64,000 nt of DNA from Anaerovoracaceae bacterium (GCA_036677845.1 JAVBVR010000025.1:46583-110582), one strand, 5' to 3'; shown: positions 35,733 to 46,261, counted from the stretch's first letter. The notes: generated by a model from the sequence alone, not told the origin. Made by a program: numbers and translations.

Positions 35733-37442
35733 ATGAAAAAATATGACCGGATTACGCCGGAGGGCACAAAAGACCTGTTATTTCAGGAATGCGCGGCACA
35801 GCGGAAAATCATAGAGAATCTGAGGGAAACCTTTGAGGGCAAGGGGTATCACGAGGTCATCACTCCCGGTTTGGAGTTCTATGATGTGTACTCATCCAAC
35901 TCCATGTACTTTCCGCAGGAGAGCATCTATAAGCTGATTGACCATAAAGGGCGCCTCCTGGCCATGAGGCCCGATTCGACCATACCCATTGCGCGGCTCA
36001 CTTCTACCAAGCTGAAGGGTCACGCGCTTCCCATCCGGCTTTATTATGCGCAGAGAGTGTACCGCCAGCAGCCTGAACTGAGAGGAAGAAGCAGCGAGAT
36101 TATGCAGATGGGAATCGAGCTCGTCGGCTTGTCTTCCTTTGAATCGGATATCGAGATTCTGGCGGCGGGTATGGAGGCGATGGAATCCTGCTGTGCGGAC
36201 GATTACAGGCTGGAACTCGGTCATATCGGGATCTACAAACTTTTAATGGATGATTTGAATGTCACAACCGATCAGAAGGAAACCATTCACTCCCTCATTG
36301 CTTCAAAGAATTATGCGGGTCTTTCCGATATTCTGGAAGCATTCCCGGAGAACAAGACGACGGAAATCCTGAAGGAGCTTCCAAAACTGTTCGGAGGAAA
36401 AGAAGCTCTTGATAAGGCGAGAGAGCTGTTTAACGGATACGATGAGAAGCTGCTGGATATGCTGGCCTATTTGGAGAGGATTTTCCAGGGTTTGATGGAT
36501 ATGAAACTGGATAAGGTGATGATCGATTTCGGCTTGGTTCACCAGGCTGAATACTACAGTTCTTTGATCTTTCGCGGATATATCTCTTCCGCGGGGGAGC
36601 CGGTGCTTTCAGGCGGCCGGTATGATGAACTTTTCAAGGATTTCGGAGAGAATTTGCCGGCAACCGGCTTCGGAATCAACGTGGATCAGCTAGCGTCGCG
36701 CTTGCTGAAAGAAAACGAAACGGCCATGATAGAAGGTATCAGCCAGGCCTGCGGCCAGGAAAACTGGAATTCACCAATCAGGAGCGAAGCCGGATCGGCA
36801 GGAAGCAGCCAAAACAGCATCCGGATTGCCCTGACAAAAGGAAGACTGGAAAAGAGTATCGTGGATCTCTTTGACGAAATGGGGTATGATACGGGCAACC
36901 TGAAGGATAAGGGCAGAAAGCTGCTTCTTTCCATCCCGGACAAGAACATGGACGTGGTGCTTGCCAAAGCGGCCGATGTGATCACCTATGTGGAGCACGG
37001 AGTCTGTGACGTGGGTGTTGTTGGGAAAGATACCATCGTTGAGAGCGGCGGTACCTTCTATGAAGTGCTGGATCTGGGCTTCGGAAAATGCAGGTTTGCC
37101 CTGGCCGTTCCGAGGGGGTGCGACTTTTACAGCGGATATCGGACAAAACGAATCGCCACCAAATACCCTAAGGTAGCAAGGTCATATTTTGAATCCAAGG
37201 GTATGGACGTGGAAGTGATCAAAATTGAAGGCTCGGTGGAACTTGCACCGCTGCTTTCCTTGGCAGACGGCATCGTGGACATCGTGGAGACAGGAACCAC
37301 ACTTAAGGAAAACGGCCTGGAGGTTATCGAAGAAATTCGCAACGTTTCGGCCCGGCTGATTGTGAATGTTGCAAGCATGAAGCTGAAAAAAAAGGAAATC
37401 GACGGGCTGATTTTCGATATACAGGAGAAGTTGAGGAAATAA
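35733..37442 (+). CDS. hisZG: fused ATP phosphoribosyltransferase regulatory subunit (HisZ) and short-form catalytic subunit (HisG)
   Basis: Single 569-aa ORF. Residues 1 to ~325 are HisRS-like HisZ. A low-complexity linker (ISQACGQENWNSPIRSEAGSAGSSQNS) follows. HisG then starts at IRIALTKGRLEKS and runs for ~210 aa. Confidence 0.85.
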   Translation: MKKYDRITPEGTKDLLFQECAAQRKIIENLRETFEGKGYHEVITPGLEFYDVYSSNSMYFPQESIYKLIDHKGRLLAMRPDSTIPIARLTSTKLKGHALPIRLYYAQRVYRQQPELRGRSSEIMQMGIELVGLSSFESDIEILAAGMEAMESCCADDYRLELGHIGIYKLLMDDLNVTTDQKETIHSLIASKNYAGLSDILEAFPENKTTEILKELPKLFGGKEALDKARELFNGYDEKLLDMLAYLERIFQGLMDMKLDKVMIDFGLVHQAEYYSSLIFRGYISSAGEPVLSGGRYDELFKDFGENLPATGFGINVDQLASRLLKENETAMIEGISQACGQENWNSPIRSEAGSAGSSQNSIRIALTKGRLEKSIVDLFDEMGYDTGNLKDKGRKLLLSIPDKNMDVVLAKAADVITYVEHGVCDVGVVGKDTIVESGGTFYEVLDLGFGKCRFALAVPRGCDFYSGYRTKRIATKYPKVARSYFESKGMDVEVIKIEGSVELAPLLSLADGIVDIVETGTTLKENGLEVIEEIRNVSARLIVNVASMKLKKKEIDGLIFDIQEKLRK

Positions 37443-37443
37443 A

Positions 37444-38751
37444 ATGAAGATCATTTATACAGACAATGAGGCGGAATTCCGGTTTTTCGGAGAAATGAAA
37501 AAAAGGACGGGAGAAATCAATCTCTCTGTCAATGATGCAGTTCTTTCCATCATCAATGAAGTGCGGGAAAACGGAGATGATGCCATCAGGAATATGGGCA
37601 TGAAATTTGATGGGGCCTGTCCCGCTGTCTTTGAGGTCCCGAAGAAAGAGATGGAGCTTGCATGGGAAAGTACGGAAGAGGGATTGAAAAAAGCCCTGAT
37701 CCGTGCAAAGGAAAACATCACCGTCTATCATGAGAAACAGGTGAAGCAGGGATATGAAATTAAAAAGGATAACGGAATTATTCTTGGGCAGATCGCCAGA
37801 GGACTTTCCAGAGTGGGAATCTATGTTCCCGGCGGAACAGCAGCCTATCCGTCCACTGTTCTGATGAACGCGATACCGGCAAAGCTGGCCGGCGTGGAGG
37901 AAATCATCATGGTCACCCCCCCGGTCATTGATAGAAAGCCCGAAGGAGAAACGGTCTGCAGAGCAAACCCCGACATCCTTGCTGCGGCATATCTGGCAGG
38001 AGTCGACAGGGTGTTTCTTGCGGGAGGCGCCCAGGCGGTAGCTGCCCTTACCTTCGGAACAGAAAGCTTTCCAGTGGTGGACAAAATCGTCGGGCCGGGA
38101 AATATCTATGTTGCAACAGCAAAAAAACTTCTCTTTGGGCAGGTGGATATCGATATGATCGCGGGGCCCAGTGAAATTCTTGTTCTTGCAGACGAGACAG
38201 CAGATCCGAAGTATATTGCTGCAGATCTCATGAGCCAGGCGGAGCATGATCCTATGTCATCGGCATTGCTTCTTACCACCAGCGAAAGAATCGCAGAGAA
38301 TACTCTGAAGGAGATTGAACGTCAGATCGGAAGCTTGAACAGGGAAGAGACCATCAGAAAATCTCTGAAGGGTTTTGGGGCGGCCATTGTCTGTAAAACG
38401 GAAGAAGAAATGCTTTGGCTGGCAGATATGATCGCGCCGGAGCACCTGGAGTTGATGGTAAGTGAACCGATGAGGCTGCTTCCCCGGATTAAAAATGCCG
38501 GTTCTGTATTCTGCGGCGCATATGCTCCGGAACCGCTGGGAGATTATCTGTCGGGAACCAACCATGTGCTTCCCACCTCCGGAACCGCAAGGTTTTCTTC
38601 GCCGCTGGGTGTCGACAGCTTCATAAAGAAAATGAGCTACACCTATTATACAAGAGAAGCTCTGGAAAAGGAAAAAGATGATATCATCACCATCGCAGAG
38701 AAGGAGGGGCTGGACGCCCATGCCAATTCCGTCAAGGTCAGGTTTGAATGA
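37444..38751 (+). CDS. hisD: histidinol dehydrogenase
   Basis: 435 aa with the SQAEHD motif. Starts 1 nt after the hisZG stop. Confidence 0.95.
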   Translation: MKIIYTDNEAEFRFFGEMKKRTGEINLSVNDAVLSIINEVRENGDDAIRNMGMKFDGACPAVFEVPKKEMELAWESTEEGLKKALIRAKENITVYHEKQVKQGYEIKKDNGIILGQIARGLSRVGIYVPGGTAAYPSTVLMNAIPAKLAGVEEIIMVTPPVIDRKPEGETVCRANPDILAAAYLAGVDRVFLAGGAQAVAALTFGTESFPVVDKIVGPGNIYVATAKKLLFGQVDIDMIAGPSEILVLADETADPKYIAADLMSQAEHDPMSSALLLTTSERIAENTLKEIERQIGSLNREETIRKSLKGFGAAIVCKTEEEMLWLADMIAPEHLELMVSEPMRLLPRIKNAGSVFCGAYAPEPLGDYLSGTNHVLPTSGTARFSSPLGVDSFIKKMSYTYYTREALEKEKDDIITIAEKEGLDAHANSVKVRFE

Positions 38752-38773
38752 GATTGATTGAGAGGTGGAACAA

Positions 38774-39835
38774 ATGGCCTATGAATTAAATGATAAAGTG
38801 AAAAATCTGGTACCTTATGATGCGGTAGCAGGAGATTACAAAATCCGACTGGATGCCAATGAGAGCTTTATTGATCCGGGGGAAACACTGGGAAAGCTGT
38901 TTCATGACGCCATCTCCGGTGTGAAGTTCAATCGGTATCCGGATCCCATGGCCTCAGAGCTGTGCAGGAAATTCAGCCGGTACTACGGGGTGAATCCGTC
39001 CTGTGTCGTTGCGGGCAACGGATCAGACGAGCTGATCACAGTGATTATGGGTGCTTTTTTAAGACCTGGTGACAAGGTGCTCACCTTCTCGCCGGAATTC
39101 TCCATGTATCAGTTTTATGGGGAAATTTATGAAAAGACAAATGTCATAATAAAGAAGCAGGATGATCTCATCCTGACTGCGGGAGACGTCCTGGACGCTG
39201 TTTACGAATGCAGCCCGGCGGCTATTATCCTGTCCAATCCCTGCAGCCCCACTTCTTTGGTTATGGGTCGGGAGGATGTTCTTCACATTATAGAAAATAC
39301 CGAGGCTCTGGTCGTCATCGATGAAGCGTATATGGATTTTTCCGATCAATCGGTAATGAAAGTTGCGGAAAAATATGATAATCTGATTGTATTAAAGACA
39401 TGTTCCAAGGCCTGGGGCATGGCTGCGATCCGCCTGGGATTTGCCGTTTCGTCAAAAAAGATCATCCGGGCACTTCATTGTGTCAGATCGCCTTATAACG
39501 TCAATGCGCTGACCCAGGCGGCCGGATGCGTGATTTTTTCCAATCCGGACTATATGAAAAACGCCGTTGAGGAGATAAAAAAGTCCCGGGACTATCTGTA
39601 TCAGGGGCTGCTGACGTTCGAAGGAAAAAAAGGAGTGGTACGGGTTGTGAAGCCGGATACGAATTTTGTTTTCCTTGACCTTTCGGATGCGGAATTTGTT
39701 TTCGAGGAGCTCAAAAAACGATCCATCATCGTTCGCAGGCTGGGGTCATATCTTAGAATCACCGCAGGAACGAGAAAAGAGAATGATGCGCTGATCCAGG
39801 CTCTTTCCGAAATTATACAGGAGGTATCGCCATGA
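38774..39835 (+). CDS. hisC: histidinol-phosphate aminotransferase
   Basis: ATG 38774 follows GAGAGGTGG. Class II aminotransferase with the PLP-Lys context TCSKAWG. Confidence 0.9.
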   Translation: MAYELNDKVKNLVPYDAVAGDYKIRLDANESFIDPGETLGKLFHDAISGVKFNRYPDPMASELCRKFSRYYGVNPSCVVAGNGSDELITVIMGAFLRPGDKVLTFSPEFSMYQFYGEIYEKTNVIIKKQDDLILTAGDVLDAVYECSPAAIILSNPCSPTSLVMGREDVLHIIENTEALVVIDEAYMDFSDQSVMKVAEKYDNLIVLKTCSKAWGMAAIRLGFAVSSKKIIRALHCVRSPYNVNALTQAAGCVIFSNPDYMKNAVEEIKKSRDYLYQGLLTFEGKKGVVRVVKPDTNFVFLDLSDAEFVFEELKKRSIIVRRLGSYLRITAGTRKENDALIQALSEIIQEVSP

Positions 39836-40410
39836 GAGTGGGAACCCTAAAAAGAGAAACCAGTGAAACAAAAATCGAACTGACCCTAAACATCGACGGC
39901 TGCGGCAAAAACCAGATCAACACAGGGATCGGATTTTTTGACCACATGCTGACAGCCTTTTCCGTACACAGCGGTTTTGATCTTACCCTTACCTGCCTGG
40001 GAGATCTGGGAGTAGACTGTCATCATACCGTTGAGGATATCGGTATTACTTTGGGAAAGGCGTTTGCGGATGCGGTTTCCGACAAAACCGGCATTGTCCG
40101 TTACGGGAATTTCACGATTCCCATGGATGAAGCGCTTGCCTCTTGTACCGCAGACATCAGCGGCCGGCCGTATCTGGTATTTCATGCAGAGTTTGGCGAC
40201 TACCGCCTGGGGGATATGGATTCGGCTATGGTGGAGGAATTCTTCAGGGCGTTTGCCATGAACGCCATGGTTACGCTCCACATCAATCTGCTGTATGGAA
40301 AGAACGATCACCATAAGGCTGAAGCCATATTCAAGGCCTTCGCCCATGCTTTAAAGGCTGCTGTTACAATAAGAGGAAACGAGATTTTGTCCTCCAAGGG
40401 CAGCCTGTAG
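39832..40410 (+). CDS. hisB: imidazoleglycerol-phosphate dehydratase
   Basis: ATGA overlap with hisC. FDHML and HHTVED motifs. Monofunctional, with no phosphatase domain. Confidence 0.95.
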   Translation: MRVGTLKRETSETKIELTLNIDGCGKNQINTGIGFFDHMLTAFSVHSGFDLTLTCLGDLGVDCHHTVEDIGITLGKAFADAVSDKTGIVRYGNFTIPMDEALASCTADISGRPYLVFHAEFGDYRLGDMDSAMVEEFFRAFAMNAMVTLHINLLYGKNDHHKAEAIFKAFAHALKAAVTIRGNEILSSKGSL

Positions 40411-40478
40411 GGAGAAAAGGTGTTTTTCGGAAATCGCCTCCGTTCAGGGGCTCGTAAGTTTGAGAGGAAACATGAAGA

Positions 40479-41075
40479 ATGATAGGAATCATAGATTACG
40501 GAGCGGGAAATCTGTTCAGCCTGAAAAATGCACTTGACTATCTGGGCTTGAAGAATACGATCACTTCGTCCGCTCAGGATATCAGGGATGCAGACCGGCT
40601 GATCCTGCCCGGTGTAGGGGCCTTTCCCGATGCCATGAAGATGCTCGTACAATCCGGGTTAACGGACACCATTGTGGAAGAGGCTGAAAAAAAACCTCTG
40701 CTGGGGATCTGCCTTGGAATGCAGATGCTGTTTGATTACGGCTATGAATTTGAAGAGGTCAGGGGACTTTCCCTTATTCCGGGAGAAGTCCGCCGGATTA
40801 AGGCACCCGGTTTGAAGATTCCTCATATGGGATGGAGCGACGTGAAATTCGAAAATGGATGCGCCCTGTCCGAAGGAATCCGGGAAGGATGTATGTTCTA
40901 CTATGTACACTCCTATAGGGCAGTAACAGAGAAGCAGTATGTATCTTTATACAGCGAGTACGGGGAGTACGTTCCGGGCCTGGTCTTCAAGGGTGATGTT
41001 TACGGAACACAGTTCCACCCCGAAAAGAGCGGAGAAATCGGTCTGAGGCTGCTGCGGAATTTCGCAAAACTGTAG
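40479..41075 (+). CDS. hisH: imidazole glycerol phosphate synthase, glutamine amidotransferase subunit
   Basis: MIGIIDYGAGN N-terminus, catalytic GICLGMQ, and a C-terminal FHPEKS. Confidence 0.95.
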   Translation: MIGIIDYGAGNLFSLKNALDYLGLKNTITSSAQDIRDADRLILPGVGAFPDAMKMLVQSGLTDTIVEEAEKKPLLGICLGMQMLFDYGYEFEEVRGLSLIPGEVRRIKAPGLKIPHMGWSDVKFENGCALSEGIREGCMFYYVHSYRAVTEKQYVSLYSEYGEYVPGLVFKGDVYGTQFHPEKSGEIGLRLLRNFAKL

Positions 41076-41135
41076 AAATTCGGCAGAATTGCAGACACTT
41101 AGGAAATTCAATTTGAAGTACAGGGAGGACGTTAA

Positions 41136-41852
41136 ATGGTAATTCTACCTGCCATTGACATAAAAGACGGACAGTGTGTCAGACTCACCAAGGGTGATTT
41201 TGAGACTGTGGAACGGGTAGCGGAGGATGCGCTGGAAACCGCTCTGGCTTTTCAAAAGGCCGGCGCGGAGTGGATCCATATGGTGGATCTGGACGGTGCA
41301 AAGGAAGGGAGCCTGAAAAACAGTGAGGTATTCCTGCAGGTTGTGCAGAATACCGGCCTTAAGGTTGAACTTGGGGGAGGCATCCGGACCATGGAAAGCA
41401 TCAATTATTATGCGGAGCAGGGTATCGCCCGCATGATTATCGGATCCGCCGCCATATCCAAACCGGAGCTGGTCGAGGCTGCCGTGGCAAAGTACGGTGA
41501 CCGGATCGCTGTGGGGATCGATGCGAGAAACGGAATGGTATCGGCGGACGGCTGGCTGACGGACAGCAGTGTCTCCTATCTGGACCTGGCAAAAAAGGTG
41601 GAGGCTGCCGGTGTACAAACTATCATTTTTACGGACATTTCCAGGGACGGAACCTTATCGGGACCCAACCTGGAGCAGCTCTCCCGGATTAATGAGGCCG
41701 TGGGATGTGATGTCATCGCCAGCGGAGGAATTCATACCATGAAGGATATCATCGCTTTGAAGGAAATGGGATTGTACGGAGCAATCTGCGGAAAGTCGAT
41801 CTATAAAGGAACTCTCTCTCTGGAGGAAGCGATAGCATATTGCAGTAAATAG
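41136..41852 (+). CDS. hisA: 1-(5-phosphoribosyl)-5-[(5-phosphoribosylamino)methylideneamino]imidazole-4-carboxamide isomerase
   Basis: ILPAIDIKDGQCVRL N-terminus, with a (beta/alpha)8 HisA pattern. Confidence 0.95.
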   Translation: MVILPAIDIKDGQCVRLTKGDFETVERVAEDALETALAFQKAGAEWIHMVDLDGAKEGSLKNSEVFLQVVQNTGLKVELGGGIRTMESINYYAEQGIARMIIGSAAISKPELVEAAVAKYGDRIAVGIDARNGMVSADGWLTDSSVSYLDLAKKVEAAGVQTIIFTDISRDGTLSGPNLEQLSRINEAVGCDVIASGGIHTMKDIIALKEMGLYGAICGKSIYKGTLSLEEAIAYCSK

Positions 41853-41901
41853 CATTCGCCGACAAATATGCTTCAAATATTTGGACGGGTAAGGAGGGAC
41901 T

Positions 41902-42663
41902 ATGCTGGCGAAAAGAATCATCCCCTGTCTTGACGTACAGGACGGAAAGGTTGTTAAAGGGATCAATTTTGTAGGGATCAAAGAAGTGGGCGATCCGGTG
42001 GAATGCGCCATTGAATATGACAAACAGGGAGCGGATGAAATTGTTTTTCTCGATATCACGGCAACCCATGAGAGAAGAGGCACCATGCTGGATGTGGTGA
42101 GAAGGACGGCCCGGAATGTGTTCGTGCCGCTGACTGTGGGCGGAGGTATCCGTTCAGCCGATGATTTCAGAGATCTGCTCCTTGCCGGTGCGGATAAAGT
42201 ATCGGTGAATTCAGCAGCAATCCGGAATCCGGCCATCATTTCAGAGGCGGCTTCCCGGTTTGGAAATCAGTGTGTGGTTGTCGCCATCGACGGAAAGAAG
42301 ACCGAAGCGGGTCAATACCATGTTTTTGTCAATGGCGGCAGGATCGATACCGGCATTGATGCGGTGGAATGGGCTATGGAGGCGGAGCGTCTGGGGGCCG
42401 GAGAAATCCTGCTGACCTCGATGGATGCCGACGGAACGAAACAGGGATTCGACATCGATATGCTCAATGCTGTCTGCGGTGTGGTGAATATTCCAGTGAT
42501 CGCTTCGGGAGGCTGCGGCCGGCTTTCCCATTTTACGGAGATGTTTCAAAAGACGGCCGCCGATGCAGCCCTGGCTGCCTCAATTTTTCATTACGGAGAG
42601 CTGACGGTGGGTCAAGTAAAAGCTGAGCTGAAAAACAACGGACTGCCGGTGCGGCTGCTTTAG
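41902..42663 (+). CDS. hisF: imidazole glycerol phosphate synthase, cyclase subunit
   Basis: [13 protein letters not shown]-terminus. 253 aa. Confidence 0.95.
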   Translation: MLAKRIIPCLDVQDGKVVKGINFVGIKEVGDPVECAIEYDKQGADEIVFLDITATHERRGTMLDVVRRTARNVFVPLTVGGGIRSADDFRDLLLAGADKVSVNSAAIRNPAIISEAASRFGNQCVVVAIDGKKTEAGQYHVFVNGGRIDTGIDAVEWAMEAERLGAGEILLTSMDADGTKQGFDIDMLNAVCGVVNIPVIASGGCGRLSHFTEMFQKTAADAALAASIFHYGELTVGQVKAELKNNGLPVRLL

Positions 42664-42737
42664 GCAGGGTTTCGGAACCGTTAGCCCGATATAAAACGGT
42701 TCGGCAAAATCAATCTGAGAATGGAGAGGAAAAACTC

Positions 42738-43469
42738 ATGGATTTAACGAAATATTTCTCGAAGACGACTTTGATTCCTGCCGTGATCCAGGACCGGAAT
42801 TCGAAAAAGGTGCTGATGCTGGCCTATATGAATGAAGAAAGTCTGAAAAAGACCATCGAAACGGGCTACACATGGTTTTACAGCCGTTCTAGAAACGAAC
42901 TCTGGAACAAGGGAGCAACCTCCGGTCATGTCCAAAAAGTGATCAGCATTACAGGAGACTGCGACGACGACACGCTCCTGATCGAAGTGGAGCAAACCGG
43001 GCCGGCCTGTCATACAGGGAATGAGACCTGTTTTTATCAGGAATCGGGAATCGCAGAATTCCGTACGAAGGAAGAAAAAGAACAGCTGGAGCAGGAAAGG
43101 GAGGCAGCCGAAAGGGACGCAGCCCTGAAGGAGTTATACCATGTGGTCCTGGAGCGGCGGAAGACCTTTTCCGAGAATTCCTATACCTGCTACCTCTTCC
43201 AGAAGGGTCTGGATAAGATCCTGAAAAAATGCGGAGAAGAGTGCAGCGAAGCCATCATTGCCGCAAAAAATGTCGCCGCTGCCGCCGATGACATGAAGGA
43301 TGCCGCACTGACCGAGCTGAAAAATGAGATCTGTGATCTCTTGTATCATCTGACGGTTCTGATGGTTAACGAAGGGATCATGCTGGACGAGATCAGCGAA
43401 ATCCTGAAGCAGAGAAGCCTGAAGATCGGGAATCTGAAAACATTTCACGATTCCGACCACAGCAGCTGA
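42738..43469 (+). CDS. hisI: bifunctional phosphoribosyl-AMP cyclohydrolase / phosphoribosyl-ATP pyrophosphatase
   Basis: The HisI part has [23 protein letters not shown]. The HisE part has [20 protein letters not shown]. Confidence 0.9.
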   Translation: MDLTKYFSKTTLIPAVIQDRNSKKVLMLAYMNEESLKKTIETGYTWFYSRSRNELWNKGATSGHVQKVISITGDCDDDTLLIEVEQTGPACHTGNETCFYQESGIAEFRTKEEKEQLEQEREAAERDAALKELYHVVLERRKTFSENSYTCYLFQKGLDKILKKCGEECSEAIIAAKNVAAAADDMKDAALTELKNEICDLLYHLTVLMVNEGIMLDEISEILKQRSLKIGNLKTFHDSDHSS

Positions 43470-43497
43470 AGAAACAGAAAGGTAGTGATCTGCTTCA

Positions 43498-44322
43498 ATG
43501 GAAACCGGGAAAAGTAAAATTGTTCTGACGGAAGAAAAGGAAACCCTGCTCATTCCGCTATACGGTAAAGCACAGGAAAATAAAAAAGAAAAGCCGATTC
43601 TGGCCGACAAAAAGGCAGCGGAAATTATCAACGAAATTGACTACGATTTTAGTTCGCTGCAGATTGCCGAAAAGACCAGTATTATGATGTGTCTGAGGGC
43701 AAAGCTGATAGATGGGTTTGCCAGGGATTTACTCTCTGGGACAAGCCGGTCAGTGGCTTTGCATCTGGGCTGCGGACTTGACAACCGGTACGGGAGGATT
43801 GGAGACAGTGAAGTTGAGTGGTTTGATGTAGACTTTTCGGAAGTCATCGAGATCCGGAAGAATTTCTATGAAGAGACGGATCGTTACCATATGATTGCAT
43901 CTTCCGTCGCAGACCCGGATTGGATGGAACGGATTCCTCACGATAAAATGCAATATGTCGTTATTGCAGAAGGATTGCTCATGTATCTTAAGGAAAGTGA
44001 AATCAGAACGCTGATCGGCCGCCTTCGGGAACGGATCGGAGGTTTCGTTTTTATCTTTGACGCATTCAGTATGCTGACCGTTGAAAAATCAAATAATCAT
44101 CCTTCCTTGAAGAAAACCGGCGCAAGAATATACTGGGGTCTTGATGATCCTCAGGAATTAACCCGTTGGGGTCTGGGGATTCAATTTTTAGAGGAACAGT
44201 ACTTTACGGAAAACGAGGAAATCGAAAATATGGATTTTGGTTTCAGAGTGATGTTTAAAATTGCCAATTATATTCCGGCGGCAAAAAAAGCCCACAGAAT
44301 ATTAGTTTATCTGATCAACTGA
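43498..44322 (+). CDS. class I SAM-dependent methyltransferase (TcmP / leucine carboxyl methyltransferase-like)
   Basis: Starts 28 nt after hisI. LHLGCGLDNR (motif I-like) and VIAEGLLMYL. Confidence 0.7.
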   Translation: METGKSKIVLTEEKETLLIPLYGKAQENKKEKPILADKKAAEIINEIDYDFSSLQIAEKTSIMMCLRAKLIDGFARDLLSGTSRSVALHLGCGLDNRYGRIGDSEVEWFDVDFSEVIEIRKNFYEETDRYHMIASSVADPDWMERIPHDKMQYVVIAEGLLMYLKESEIRTLIGRLRERIGGFVFIFDAFSMLTVEKSNNHPSLKKTGARIYWGLDDPQELTRWGLGIQFLEEQYFTENEEIENMDFGFRVMFKIANYIPAAKKAHRILVYLIN

Positions 44323-44347
44323 TATCAGCCGCAGACTGTCTGCATGC

Positions 44348-44376
44348 GGCCTGAATGAATATATGCCATTCAGGCC
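44348..44376. terminator. hairpin between convergent genes
   Basis: Perfect 10-bp stem GGCCTGAATG / CATTCAGGCC with a 9-nt loop. The stop codon of the Cof-type gene lies in the 3' arm. Confidence 0.55.
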
Positions 44377-45182
44377 CCGAATACAAATTTCTCGATGGCT
44401 TTTGCCACTCCGTTCTCATTGTTGCTTGCGGTCACATAGTCCGCCGCCGCCTTCAATTCCTCTACCCCGTTTTCCACTGTGATCCCCAGACCTGCATATT
44501 GCAGCATGTCCATGTCATTGTAATTGTCACCGAAGCAGATGATTTCAGATGGGTTGATATCGTTTTCTTTTGCATAACGCTCAATGGCAGAAGCCTTGCT
44601 GACCTGATCTGCACAGATATCAAAGGTATTGTGCCAGGATACGGTTACAGAGGCGCCTGCTATTCCGCAGAGGCTCTCATACAGATCTTTTCTGGCCTCC
44701 TCTCCTTCGCAACGGGCCAGGACTTTATATATAGTATCCTTTCCGATCAATGCCGCGGGATCGATTTCCACCATTGGGAATCGGTCCTCCTCGGGCTGTT
44801 CTTTATTGAAAGCATAAAATGCATTTAAATACTCTGCGAATTTCCTGGTGTAGAAGCTTTCTTCCCCGTAGCAGTGGAAATAGTAGCCTTTATCTGTCAA
44901 CAGACGAAATATTTCTTCCAGAGTTTCATTCTGAAGCGGCTTCCCATAAAGCAGCTTTCCCTGGGCTTCTTTAATCAGAGCGCCGTTACAAGCCAGAATC
45001 GGCGTGTTTAGATTCAATTCCTTGGCATATTGTCTGGCGCCGCCGAAAATTCTTCCGGTTGCCAGCATAAAGTCGATCCCGTGCTCGGAAACTTTATGGA
45101 TAACCGCCTTCGTGTAATCTGAGAGCGTATGGTCATCTTTCAGTAATGTTCCATCCAGGTCGCTTACGATAAGTCGATACAT
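44370..45182 (-). CDS. Cof-type HAD-IIB phosphatase
   Basis: N-terminal DLDGTLL motif, plus GDNYNDMDML near the C-terminus. Confidence 0.85.
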   Translation of the reverse strand: MYRLIVSDLDGTLLKDDHTLSDYTKAVIHKVSEHGIDFMLATGRIFGGARQYAKELNLNTPILACNGALIKEAQGKLLYGKPLQNETLEEIFRLLTDKGYYFHCYGEESFYTRKFAEYLNAFYAFNKEQPEEDRFPMVEIDPAALIGKDTIYKVLARCEGEEARKDLYESLCGIAGASVTVSWHNTFDICADQVSKASAIERYAKENDINPSEIICFGDNYNDMDMLQYAGLGITVENGVEELKAAADYVTASNNENGVAKAIEKFVFGA

Positions 45183-45223
45183 GTTGCCTCCCTTTGCTTC
45201 ATTTCGTGTAATTTTGCTGTCTG

Positions 45224-46261
45224 TCAGCTTTTTACTGTGCGGATGCTGATTTCACCTGAATTCAATGTACCCAGGGAACCATCCCGGTATCTGACGATGA
45301 GTCCTCCGTCGCTGTCGATATCGACAGCCTTAGCCTGAATGCCATCTGCCGGATTTCGTTCTTTCTCCTGTCCGGCTACTGGAAGGATAAGGATTTCTTT
45401 TCCCAATACGAAGGACCGGGCCTTATAATCCGCAATGAATTCTTTTGACTCCATAACCTCATAGATGTCCATAACCTGATTGATCACTTCCGCGATCAGC
45501 CGGTTCCGGGACATCTTTTTTCCAGATCGTATTCCGCCGGATCCGCCTGATGAGGCGGATTCTTTTTCAAACAGAGATCCCGCAATACCGGCAAGATCTT
45601 CAGGGAATACCGTGCTGTAATTGATTCCGATTCCGCAAACGATGGTTTCGATACTCCCGCTTTCGAAATCGGTAACTGCCTCTGTCAGGATTCCGCAGAT
45701 CTTTTTTTCTTCGATATAAAGATCATTTACCCATTTGATTCGGCATGTTTTTCCGGTTACTTCCTCAATAGCCCTGCAGACCGCTACGGAAGCGGCGGTA
45801 GTGATCAGAACTGATTTTCCCGAATCAAGGCGGGGCCTGAGAATGAAACTCATATAAATCCCGCCGCCGGGGGGAGAATAGAAGCTGCGGCCCATCCGGC
45901 CCCTTCCCCTGGTCTGCTCCTCAGCAATTATGACGGTACCGAAGGGGGCGCCGTCCAGCGCCATTTTCTTCGCTGTCAGATTGGTCGATTCCACCGTTTT
46001 GAATACATGAATCCTATTCTCTGCAGAGAGCTCCTTTACATGAGTCAGGATTCCTTCCGCAGAAAGTATATCGCTGTCCTGTAACAGGCAGTATCCTTTA
46101 TTGGGAACAGCGCCGATTTGATGTCCTTCCTTGCGGAGCTCCCGGATTGCCTTCCATACGGCGGCTCGTGATATGTTCAGACGGCCGGCAAGCTCTTCGC
46201 CGGAAACCGTCGCTCCTTTCTTTTCCTCCAATGCTTTCAGTACTTTTCCTCTTGTGGACAT
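45224..46261 (-). CDS. birA: bifunctional biotin-[acetyl-CoA-carboxylase] ligase and transcriptional repressor
   Basis: ATG 46261 follows GGGAAG. N-terminal HTH (VSGEELAGRLNISRAAVWKAIRELRKEG), GRGRMGRSF biotin-binding loop, and a C-terminal SH3-like tail. Confidence 0.9.
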   Translation of the reverse strand: MSTRGKVLKALEEKKGATVSGEELAGRLNISRAAVWKAIRELRKEGHQIGAVPNKGYCLLQDSDILSAEGILTHVKELSAENRIHVFKTVESTNLTAKKMALDGAPFGTVIIAEEQTRGRGRMGRSFYSPPGGGIYMSFILRPRLDSGKSVLITTAASVAVCRAIEEVTGKTCRIKWVNDLYIEEKKICGILTEAVTDFESGSIETIVCGIGINYSTVFPEDLAGIAGSLFEKESASSGGSGGIRSGKKMSRNRLIAEVINQVMDIYEVMESKEFIADYKARSFVLGKEILILPVAGQEKERNPADGIQAKAVDIDSDGGLIVRYRDGSLGTLNSGEISIRTVKS

